Shown here: positions 38,787-50,628 of the stretch, piece by piece
Layout: every line of letters starts with the position of its first letter
Position numbering within the stretch: position 1 is the stretch's first letter
Assembly: GCA_001662655.1 (NCBI GenBank)
Contig: KV460237.1
Length of the DNA stretch: 64,000 nt
Source of the DNA: Pseudogymnoascus verrucosus
Taxonomy: Eukaryota
Strand: one strand, 5' to 3'
The notes under the pieces: generated by a model
What the model was told of the DNA's origin: nothing
Databases searched by the model: none
Seen by the model: the letters and a program-made list of their open reading frames with translations, nothing else
Translations under genes and position numbers: made by a program

Positions 38787-40415
38787 GGTGGTGGTTTGTA
38801 TAGAACAGTTGTTCTTGATTGAGTTGGTGGTGGAAATGAGAATGGGAGGTTGAGGGGTTCAATGGCGGTGGGAGAGCTGTACCTTTTTGTGGACACGATG
38901 CGGTTAACAGGGTTACGTCGGCCACTGATTCTACAATTGGTCCCTCTCGCCATCACAATTTAGAGGGTAAATTCAATAGTATGCATATACAGGTTCTCAT
39001 GGGGTACTAGATTCCGAATATTTTATTCAATTCAGCCTTTTTGCACGTATATACTAGAATTCCTATCTCCATCATTCGGCCGGTCGATCAATCTGGTTTC
39101 ACAGGGGATTGCTATCTTATCAGCGGTCAAGGTGGCATATGTGCCTGGACGGTTATGGTAGACACGTGATCGGTGTGATAGGTGAGCCGCTGACCACCGC
39201 ATAGCTTATATAATACAACTCGCATTCATCACTTCTTGTACTCCATCGGTTGATCGTGATTGTTGATTCCATTCACACACCACTCATCTCAACAAATATC
39301 GAGGCATTTTCGCTTTTCGCCCATAGCAACAGCAAAAGGTCGCCTTGCGTGGCTGAGCTTCATCTGGGTGACCTCTCTCTTTCTCTCTCTCGCACCAGGC
39401 AGGCGTTCAGTACTTTCCACAAGGCAGCAATGTCTCGTGACTAGGCTGAACCCCCCCGCGAACACGAAGTTACCTCTCTCCGACTTCGTGTTGGGCCACC
39501 TTTGGGCGCGCCTTTATCGCTCGTCTGCTCTCTCGATCATATCCACTACCATGCGGGGTAGTCTGTCTCAATATCGTCATTGCGCTGCATGAAAAAAAAA
39601 TATATGTTGTTTCCCCAGTTTCTTATTGTCCGCGCCCTTCTTCTTATCAGTCTGGGCCTTGTCGTTCAGCCCCAGATCCAGGATGACTCTTAAGGCTTTC
39701 GGCGGAGCAAACTGCGCGCTTGAGTCAACCGCAACATACGCTGGTTTAGGCAGCGCACCTGATAGCCACCGGGCAAAATCGCTGCTCCGCTCGCTGCCCA
39801 TGCCCCGATTGATACTCTGCAGCCTTGGGGGGCCTGGGGTTTCCCAAGGCTTCCATTGTACCTTGGCCTCAGGAACGAATAAACGTCAATGTTTCCCTCG
39901 TCGCCTGGCTGGCTTGTCTCTGGGTTGAAACCAAGAGAGTAGCATCCTCGCTCCTTTCAATCAGTGCTCCGCTCTCCATCGTCATTAGAGCTCGGTGAGG
40001 AATGGCTTGGTCGGCATTGAGTCATTTCTTTGAGTCGCTGCCTTGCCAATTGTCAGGCGGCAAAGCAGGGCGCAGTCAATCATACACTGCTATTTGGCCT
40101 GGCGATGCGCCTAGGCCAACTCGGTGAGGCTCAAGCAATCAATGGAGTCACCGGCGCTGGCGCTGGCGCCCTCGGTGAGTTGCGAGCTAAGCTTAGCCTC
40201 CCTTCAATCCAGGCACCACTTGTAAGTCTGAGATATGTTTGTCAATGGAAGCCGTATATAAGGTTTGCTCTTCCTCTCTGTTTCTTATTCCAATCCTCAT
40301 TCAATCCTGTTACCATCGCATCAAGCACTGCCAACAGTATCACCACTCCAAACGCATTTCCAATCCACACACGAACAGCACCACCCTCACAAAAGCTTCC
40401 CAATCCACACTCAAA

Positions 40416-40745
40416 ATGTCTAGCCGCTCATACACCACCACGAACATCTCCTATGGCGGACCACGGACATCCTCGTCCTCCGTCAGCTCGCGCGGATCCG
40501 CTAGCTATGTCGACTACAGAGTTCCCGTCTCCGAGTCCTCAGGTAAATCCAGCCACCAGACGACATCTTCATATTCAACCACTAACACATCCTCCACAGG
40601 CCGCTATGGCAGCAACGACGGAGTCTACTCTGTGACCCGCAACAACGTCCAGGTCACCAACCACAAGCAGCGGATGAGCGACCCAGCCGAGCCACGCTCT
40701 GGCGATGCATCGCGCTACTACGGCGGCTCCTCTTACAAGAGGTAG
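40416..40745 (+). CDS. Small (109 aa) Ser/Thr/Tyr/Gly-rich protein of unknown function
   Basis: TATATAA at 40255, CA-rich leader, strong start context CAAAATGTC, C-ending codon bias and a G/T-rich trailer. Confidence 0.75.
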   Translation: MSSRSYTTTNISYGGPRTSSSSVSSRGSASYVDYRVPVSESSGKSSHQTTSSYSTTNTSSTGRYGSNDGVYSVTRNNVQVTNHKQRMSDPAEPRSGDASRYYGGSSYKR

Positions 40746-40773
40746 AGCTCACTACGGGTTCTCATAATGGGAA

Positions 40774-40970
40774 GATGAATACGATAACGAGATTGATACG
40801 ATAAACTTTTGGGGGACATGGATGAATACGATAATGAGATGGGATATTACAACGTTTACGAGCACGGACGGGATGTCACAACGTTCCGGGTGCATGGAAA
40901 GAGGGATATTACAACGTTTTTTGGGAGCATATCAGGGATGGATGGGATTACAACGTTTTTTCGGAGCATA
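40774..40970. repeat. Compound minisatellite in the putative 3' UTR
   Basis: GATGAATACGATAAYGAGAT x2 (40774, 40821), then GGGAT(AT)TACAACGTT-type units at 40841, 40870, 40903 and 40944. Confidence 0.8.
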
Positions 40971-42169
40971 GGAAAGGGGCGTTTGCAGCAGCATTAGATG
41001 CACTTCCACCCCAAGCATAGAAGCCTCGCGGCTCTGCTGGGATGAAACAACGGTGGCGAGTTTGGATAGATAGATTATTTAATATCAGCCTTTTGGGTTT
41101 GAGGAATTTACAACGTTTTTTTATCATATTTTCAGCTTCGGTTTTGTGGGGATACTCGGTGTTTGTGCGCGCTTGGGGAGGTGATTGCTTCCTGCAGCTT
41201 GAGCCTCGATTATGCAGTCTTCGAGGGTTAGTATGCAGTATGGCGGTTTGCCTCGAGGGCTGTTGGTATGCAGTGTAGTTTGCCCTGACGCCTTGGGGGG
41301 GAGGTATCTCGACCCCGCCTTCTCTCGAATCTCAACGCCCAGCCCGACGCCCAGCTTCATTACTTCAATATCCGCCTCGTAATACACCATTTATATCCCA
41401 AACTCGGACACAGCGCCGCTATCACGAGACCTGTTTGATACTGGACGTCGGTCGTCGGAATCGGTATACTTGCCGGAGTTTAACCTGGGTCAGGTCTAGA
41501 TCTTGATAGACTCGCCATACGTATCGTAGTATTGAGTGCCGTGCATGGATGTTGGAGCTGGCGGCTGCGTGGTCGGGGGAGGTGGTGGTGTTGAGTGGTT
41601 TTTGATGCGGGTGTGATTGGATGGGTGGTTAGATGTCCAGATATGTAGGGTGTGAGTTGCTGCTTTATGCAGTGCCAAACACCCAAAATTTTCATCACGT
41701 GCTAAAGATTAGCCGCTAACTAATTATTGGAGCGAAGACAATGGTGTTGTAAGCCCCCCCTGATTGAGCGGCACTTTTGCTCCTTAAGGTATATTTCTAT
41801 AATAGTGCCTTCGAATTACAGGTGACTGTCCTTACACTAGTTCCTGTAGCTCTCTTGGCCCTTGTGAATCCGCTGTCAGAATGCCAATATGTTCTTCACT
41901 CGTGCACGCGGCATGTTGGTTGCAGGTTCTGGCTGCAAAATACAGGCGGCTCGAGGCATGTGATGATTGGCCAGTAGATGAGATCCTTGATACTGTACAA
42001 TACGTGTTCCCATCGTCCTCTGTCACCCCTCTTCATGATTTCCTCACCATAGGGCACCCAAGGCTATGATCGATAGTTAAAGTTGTAGTTACACAGCTTC
42101 AACTGGCAGCATATTCCTGCTACAGCGCTACATTGCGATATTGTAGAGATCTTGCAACGAACATTGAAA

Positions 42170-43475
42170 ATGGCAGACCCTTTGAGCACTACACTGGCCG
42201 TTGTTACGGCTGCCATTCAGTCGGCGAAGTCTCTTCACGAAACTGTCAAAAGGTTCAAAGATCGCCACAAGACTTTAAGTAGGCTTCAACAGGAGCTTGA
42301 TGATCTCACGAATATTTTGGAATCTCTAACACAAGTGATTAATGCTGAGACGTCGGTGATGAAGCTTCTTCAAGGCCCTATTGATCGATGCACCAAAGTA
42401 TGTAGCGAGTTTGAACAATCGATGAAGGTGTTCAATGAAAAATCAAAGACAGGCTTCCGAGACTGGACGAAGATGGAATTCATGAGAGGCGACATCAATG
42501 AATTTATAGACACCATTGCAGGGTATAAATCAACGATAATGGTCGGCCTAGGCACTATTACTATGTTTGTTACCGTACCTTTGTCTCCCATTGACTGTAC
42601 TGACTTCTTTTATAAGGAATACTTCTAGAGTTTCCCACCAGGTTATTCAGGAGTACAATGAGATGATCCAGGATACGGTATATAACCTCGAGTTTCACTT
42701 GGAGCGAATCAATGAAAAAATGGAGAGATTTGCCCCTTCAAATACGAATACCTTAGCCACTAGCATCAACCTAGATGATGAGAGAGCAGTAACCGAGCAA
42801 TGTCTTTTAATCTGTGAAGACGCAAAGGCGCGTATCGAATCCCTGGCACATCGAGAATCAATCCTATTACAAGAAGCGTCTCAAAACACTATCGAGGATG
42901 ACATGCGGGACTTTAAAGCAAAGCTGCTAAGTCGACAAACTCTGGATGGAACTCGAGACAGCCTTGCGGAAACCATCGGCCGCCTTCGGGAACGCTTGGA
43001 GTCCCTACTGAAGGAAGACCCTAATAACAGCGATGATAGAATACGCCTACAAAACGAAATCAACATTTCGAAGCAGTGCTTAGACGTATGCAAAGTGGCT
43101 AGCGAAGTTTCACATCAAAAGATATACAGAATTGGAGAGGTGATTGCCGATGGTGAAAGCGATCAAGTAGTAGTAACGACTTTAGCGGATCTATTTGATG
43201 TTAAGAAAGCAGTGTCTAAAGGCAATTCAGCGCAACTAGTTGGCTCAATGACGGCAGAGAGTCTTCGGGATTTGACTGATAAGCGCTATAGCAGCCGTTT
43301 TGGAGCTGTAAAAGCCACTGACTCCGTTCGCAATTCCAGCTCGCTTTCTGTCATCGACACTCAAAAGAGTAAGCATTCTTTTCCGAATCAAACGGATTAT
43401 GACGAGCAGCCGCCGGGACCGGAAGGAAGACGAAATAGGCCATCTCCCAATGAGATGAGAAAACGACAGGGCTAA
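42170..43475 (+). CDS. Stand-alone HeLo-like (fungal STAND N-terminal domain) protein, 2 exons
   Basis: MADPLSTTLAVVTAAIQSAKSLHETVKRFK...LQQELDDL...CTKVCSEF...GFRDWTKMEFMRGDINEFIDTIAGYKSTI matches the Helo_like_N pattern. Intron at ~42565-42617. No NTPase motif follows. Confidence 0.8.
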
Positions 43476-46400
43476 GGGTAAACCATGGAAAGAACAGTCA
43501 TTGAAGGGCGTACATCGAGATCATGGCTCTGCGAAGGCGTTCTTTGCTACTACGGGTTTTCAGGTGCACTGAGGCAAGACCAGGGAGATCCGTTGGGCGG
43601 AGTTATGCAGCGTGGAAGGGGTGGAAGGACCAAGCGTCTCACGGTGAGCGCAGCAGGTGCGAGAGTACTGGGAGGGAGGCGTAGTTGGAGGAGAGAGTAG
43701 ATTATAAATTATATCTTTTATCATTTTGGGTGGAAATATAATAGTGCTTTTTTAATTATACTCGGATTATTTCACGAAATATAATATAATCGGGTATAAA
43801 GTTTGCTACCCATTTGTATATATGAACCATGTATACCGTCTTTCCTCAGCATACATACCATACTATACCAAGTCTAAAGGGTCCAAAGTCCAAATCCTCT
43901 CATGCCCGACCCTCACCGCAACCTTCTCATTTACCCGCCCACAGGGCCCCCAGAACAGAACCCGCACTTAATCTGCAGCCGCCGCAACAACCAACCCGAA
44001 AACGACACAGTAACATCGCCATTAAACACACGGCTACGGCGCCATCGCACCAGCATCCGTGCAACGTGTTCTCCAGCCCGTACAGAACGCTCTCTCCTGT
44101 CTCGGATCCGTGGCGTCAACGGGTCAGCTCGCTGTTTCACCGATGGCGGCAACCTACATACATACATAGCATACCCAGTTTCCGGACACCAGCACAGCAC
44201 AAGAAAATGTCGTGATGCAAATCAGGGGCCTCTATCCACCTACCTACACACACCCATTCTCCCCAAATTTTTATTTATTTTCATTTTCTCCACGCCTTTT
44301 TCCAAGGACCCGCCAAGAAATATAGCCAGCCACCCAGGCCTCGGCGACTTAACGAAAAACTAACTGCCGTTACAGCACACAAGCCAGCCAAGATCAGCAG
44401 CCGGCGATCTCCCCGCTGCCGATCGGGCTACGGCGGAACCACCACGAGTTCCCAGATGGAGGAGGGATGTTCAGCACGCGGCAGAGGGGTGGATGTGCGT
44501 GTGCGGCGCTCATCTGGCCGCTGGTGGGACTATCGGTTTCAGTAGAGACATTTACATTTATTTGTCTCATGTCGGCTTTTTACAAGCTTCGGGGATGATG
44601 GGATGGGGTGGGGTGGGGTGTTGCGAGATGGGATGTTCATCAGATCTGTGCTTGGTGGGTAAATCGCGACAGCTACTCCTTTTCGTCTTGAAATAGCCAA
44701 ACCAACACACCAATCAAGCTGAAACGTGACACCATCCCCTACCTAGCATCTACAAAACACAGTCGCTGTATGCAGTCACTGTATGCTACGAGATTACCTC
44801 CATAGGGATGCATGTACCGTACCGCCGTCCTACACGTATTTATAGCCACCAGCGCCAACACCAACACACCACGAAGCGGAAGGTGGCAAGACTCCCCCCA
44901 AGCTCCCCTCGTCCCTTCGGCCTCGGGACGCCAAAGTTCACCGAGACCTCAACCTTGCATGGGAGGGAGAACTACACAATATGTCATGTGCGTGCCGATC
45001 AACCATCGCTCGCTCTCCCCTAACCCCGACTCCGACCCTGCTGCAGTCGCGTCATGTACCACCGAACCAGCAGTGGTGTAGCTCACTCGCCCTCTCGCTC
45101 GTGCGTGCGCACAGCTCAGCTATAGTTCGTATGTGGACTGTATGCGACGATGTGATTGATGATGATGTGACTCCGCACGGGCAGGACCAGAACCGTAGTA
45201 GAAGCAGCCAATCTGGCGCTTCGACCAACAGCACAAAGACGGCGGCGAGTACAGTAAGGGATTTGTCAATTCTGTAGCACGCACTTACGCACTTACGCAC
45301 GCACATCTCGACCGTCGGCGGCGGCGATAGTCAGCTAATATCCGTATGGATCCCCGGTCTGGTCTGGTCTGGTCTGGGAGTTAAGATTTTTTTCTCCTCT
45401 GTCATCCACCACCAGCTGAAGCAAGCACCAGAAGCAGCCGCGACAGAACGACAAGGGCATGATCACCCGAGATTTGATCCTCCATCACCAAACGGGGCCA
45501 TGCCAATAGGGCAAAGAAAAGCCACTTTCCATTGGGGCTGGATGCTTGTTGTTGTTGGAAAGAACATCCACTCTTCCCTTCCTTCCTTTCCCCCCCATCG
45601 CCATCGCCAATCCACATCCCATGTAAGTAAGCATCCTGCAGCCAGCCAGCCACCATCCCCGCACGCACGCACGACCTCGGTGAGGCTAGATGGGAGGGGG
45701 TTAGAGGACGGAAGACATTTCGCCGGATAAATGGGGTTCGTCATATTAGTTTCGTTGATCTGCGGTACTTCGGGGGGAGGTATTGTTTTGGGGATCTGAG
45801 GGCCGTGAATTTTTGGAGTACTCCGATTTTTTTGGCGGGGGGGATGTGTGGTGATACTGTGCGACGAAAGGAGGTGGTTGTTCGGATTCTTCGGTTTTCG
45901 TCAAGCTGATGCGTATAGATGCCCTGTCCTGTCGCGACCTGAAGTCATGTATCGCTCGCTGTACGAGTACGCGCTGTCTGTACTCGCGGTGGCTATTCGA
46001 TTGGAGATGAATGAATACCTTGGCGTTAGCTTGAACGCGGTTACCATGCATTTGGTGGTTGTACGTAGTGTAAATTGTATGTATGGTGTAACATGTACGC
46101 TGGGTCCAACAACACGTCAGCTTGAGTAGAGTGCGTATGGGATGTCCAGTATGGGATGGGGTGTATAGTGGAAGAGGAGGAGGAGGGGGAGTGTGTTTTA
46201 TCGTCAGGTTGAACACGGCGGTTGTGCTCTGGATATACAGGACAGGAGTGTATTATTGTATAGATGCTACAGATGCTACAGATGTACTGTGGTGAAAGCT
46301 GAAGATCGAAGACTGAATGTCTTGACTACTACTACTGATCGCAGACTGAATATCTTGACTATCTTGACCACTACTGTATGGTATTACTGTATGGTATAAC

Positions 46401-48676
46401 CGTATGGTATGTACGATTACTATGAGACCGATGACTCTCATCGTAATCATACGTACAGTAACACCACCAGCACCACTCGTAAAAAGTGTACACTCACCCC
46501 TGGTACCTACCCAGAGATACTAGAATTGCAGTTACCCTATGTCCTGACCATGACCCCCATCTCCATCTACTAGCCCCCCATGTAACTGGTAAACGGCGAC
46601 AGGAGGGCAGGAGGGAGGGGTAAGTTAAGAGATCCAGGGTTTAAAGGCTAAACTACCCTGGGAATAGCCCTGGGAATAACATCGTGTAAGCTCTCCATTT
46701 ACCTGCAAGCCATCTTTTTTCTGTTTAATCCCCATCCAATCCATCTAATTCCCATCCAATCACCTCCTTACCACTCCGTAACTTACTAAGGCCATACCCC
46801 CCTATAGTGGTTTAGCCTTTCTTGCTAATCCTCGACCCACGACCCACGACCCACGCTGGACGTGCATGACGGACCGCCCATACCATACGACATACCGAAG
46901 GAGAAGTACAGTAGAAGCAGCCACCATCACCGACGGGGGCATCATCATCCCACGCCTCCACACACCCACACGCACAGCCCATCTCCAACAGAAGTATTCT
47001 GCATTCTAGTGAGTTACTGTATATGCCCATCATTCATCCCCCTTTTCATGGTCCAGGCGGTAGAAAGAGTACAGACAGCAGAGTAATACTCTACTCTACA
47101 CTCACCACGGACAACGGACAATTGTACTCCCGGGCAAGTCCAGGCAGTCAACTAGGGATGGATTCTTCCTAATAGGGAGTTTATAGAATATATTCTACCT
47201 CTACTCTACAGTCAATACACTATAGAATCTCCATTGCTTCTTTCTGTCCACCATCACTTTCTCACTTCACTCTCACTCACTCACTTCAATTCCCCCCCCC
47301 CGCCCATCACGGCTTACACCTACCTACCGAACCATACGGACCAAACTCTGGTACTCTCTCCCCTCTCCCCACAATATCTCCAACTCACCCCGTCCTGGGT
47401 TTACATTACTACCGCCACCACTACCACCACCACTACTCCTCCTACTAGTATATCCATCCTGTCAATGCTCTTCCTTTCATCCGTCGCTCCCCAGCTTCAT
47501 CATACCCCCCCGTCCGAGACTACCCCCGTCCGAGGCTACCAATAAGGCCATCCATCCGGGGAAACACCCATGGCCGCGCCTAATTATGCCATGCGCCTCG
47601 ACAGACACTACTACCCTAGGGAAAGTACTCTACTCCTTTGAGCAGACTACTCTTCGTTACAGTAGGGATCCAATCTGTATGCGAGCTATGTATCCCAGCA
47701 GAAAACTAAATAGGCGGCACTCTACTGTAATATGTAATATGTCTACTGCAATATGTCATCCCAGAGTAATTACATACAGTTTCGCCCGAAATGAAGCTCT
47801 CTTATCAGCCGGAATACACTCCAGCCTCGACCGCGTAGTACTGTAGAGTAATAGCAGTCTTGGTATACTCGCCTTGGTATATTCTAGTCTTGGCCTCTTC
47901 TCTTGGTATCTCACTTGCCGCCTTGTTTCCCCCATCCCCCACAGCCTTGGCCACAACTCCCCTTCCAACTCCCTTCCAACTCCCTTCTCCTTCTCTGTTC
48001 TAAAGTGCCGTGCGGGTACTCCGTACATCCATCCATCCCATCCATCCCCTGCTCCGTATAAATGTTGGCCTTGGAGCCTTACGATCTTGACCTAAGACAC
48101 AGCAATTCCACTATTCCCCAACTAGACCTGACTAGAGTAACTAGAGTAACTAGAGTAACTTACTGTCTATATCCCTCCCCCCGAAAAACTACTGGGATTT
48201 GGGGGGATTGGTACACCACTTGCAAGTACCCCACTAACGGAGTATACACCCTAATGTAGTACATTACTTACCTGTACTCTACTCGCCTCCCATGTACCCA
48301 TCCCCATCCATCCCCCCATCCATCCACCCTCAACCCCAGGAAATTCACTCCAAACTCCCCCAAACAACCCTCCACCCTCCTCCTCCTCTCTTCCTCCTCC
48401 CCCTACCCCCCCTTCTCTCCCCCAATATATCGTTTCGCGTAAATTTGTATATATCTCACACTCTTGCCCCCTCACCCCCAAAACACCCAGTGACTCTCTC
48501 GTTCTTTGTCGTTCTCACCTTCTCCCTCCTCCGGCTTCCTGGCGTCCATTGCTTTGCCACTTCACCAACAACCCTCAAAGGACGAAAAAGAAGAAGAAGA
48601 ACCCCTTTCAATCCCCTCCATTAATCAATCCTTCACAAACAAAGACAAGAACAAACCACCCAAACCCACCGCCACC

Positions 48677-49800
48677 ATGTCCACCGTCCCCGCCGACCCC
48701 GTAGCGGTCGATGACAAGGCCACCATCAACGCCGTCAACACCACCACCGCCTCCAACGGCCTCAACGAGGTCCGCGCCTACGACTATGGCGGAAACCCGC
48801 TCGCCCACTCCCACACCGACGACTCCGTCCGTCGTCTCCCTGCCTTTGGTGGTGAGTTCCAGCCCGGTCTGTACAAGGAGACCTCCCACCGCAAGTTCGC
48901 CAACCCGGCGCCGCTGGGCCTGTCGGCTTTCGCCCTCACCACTTTCGTCCTCTCCTTGATCAACCTCCAGACCCGCGGCGTTACCGCGCCGAACTTCATT
49001 ATTTGTCTCGCTTTTGGCTATGGTGGACTCGTCCAATTGCTCGCGGGCATGTGGTATGTAGACCTTCTGCTGCAATTCTGTTTATTTTTATCCCCCCTAC
49101 ATTCTTCATCGTCTCCGGGCGCATACAGGCGTACCCACGCCTCTCGGATGCATACATTTCGGGCTCATACATACATACCCACACCTCCCGATTTCCGCCC
49201 CCGTCACACAAGCCTGCATGCAGCTAACCACCCAACCCCAGGGAAATGGCCGTCGGCAACACCTTCGGAGCCACCGCGCTCTCCTCCTACGGCGGCTTCT
49301 GGCTCTCCTTCGCCATCATCCTGACCCCCGGCGGCTTCGCCATCGGAGACGCCTACAAGGACAAGGACGACTTCAACCATGCCATCGGCTTCTACCTCGC
49401 CGGCTGGTTCATCTTCACCACCATTCTCCTGATCTGCACGCTTCGCTCGACTGTGGCCTTCTTCCTGCTGTTCTTCACCCTGGATCTTGCCTTCCTCTTC
49501 CTCACTATTGGGCACTTGCAATTGCAGGATGCTGGTGTTGGAAAGCCAAGGACTACGCAGGTGGGTTGCATCAAGGCGGGTGGTGTTTTTGGGCTGCTCG
49601 CTGCGTTTTTGGCTTGGTACAACGCCCTTGCTGGTATTGCCGATACTAGGTACGTTTGATTATTACCGTGATTCTACTGATATTCTTATACTAACATCAC
49701 CCCCAGCAACTCCTTCTTCATCATCCCCGTCGCCCACTTCCCCTGGTCCGACAAGGGCCGCGAGGCACGCGTCACCAAGACCGACCGCGAGACCGTCTAA
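48677..49800 (+). CDS. ADY2: GPR1/FUN34/YaaH family acetate transporter, 3 exons
   Basis: AFGGEFQPG, signature FANPAPLGLSAF, YGGLVQLLAGMW|E, NTFGATALSSYGGFW. Introns at 49054-49241 and 49650-49707. Confidence 0.95.
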
Positions 49801-50628
49801 AGAAGTGTTGGCAGCTCCGTGATTTTGCGCGCGCGCGAGAGAGAGAGTACAAGAGAGAAGAACAACTTGTATAGAAAAGAATGGAACATTGGCCTCGTCG
49901 TTTTTTAGGATCTTGACGGTTTTGAAAGAGAATATGTAAAAAACCTGGAAACATTCCGAAAGCGCTACTGTGGGAAGTTTATTTTTGTTATGAGGATTTT
50001 TGATCGATTGGGCTGCTCTGCTGCTTTTTTTTTAATAATTATCAGAATGCGTCGAATATAAAGCGCCTCTTTCTTGGCCATATTTTCGAGTACCGACTGT
50101 CCTTTTACTACGTTCTTGGTTTGCTACATGCGTGTTCACGTTTCGTGGTAACCAGTTCTCATCAAAGCATTCATTGTTCATCTTGCGAGAGTTGTCCTCC
50201 CCAAAAGTCACACACTTTCATTAGCAAGCACAATATTGCTGTATTTTTAAGTTATCTTTTGTTGTTTGTTTGCGGATGCGGAAGTCTTTGAATACCCAGT
50301 CTAGTCTTTTGCCTTTTTTTTTGGAATACAAATTCACAGATTAATCAAGTCATGTTCAAGCCGCTCTGTTTACGTGATTCCCCGTTGTTATTTCCGTGTC
50401 GGCGCGCCGACCGACACCGACGCATGTTACGCCCATCCATCATCATCGTTGTCGCTCAACAATTATCCTCACGCCTTGCTCACTTCTCACTCCCAACGAC
50501 ACCCCAAACTCTCGATTTACAATTATCGAAATAAAACACAAACTCACACACACGACCACACCACACTTGTCGTCAATACAAGCCCCCCAAAAACGCCCCC
50601 AAAGCCACGGTCCCACCCACACACACGT

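Noticed and set aside
40774..40970. Repeat-spacer pattern resembling a CRISPR array
   Set aside because: Fungal genome, no cas genes, degenerate repeats, and spacers related to each other.
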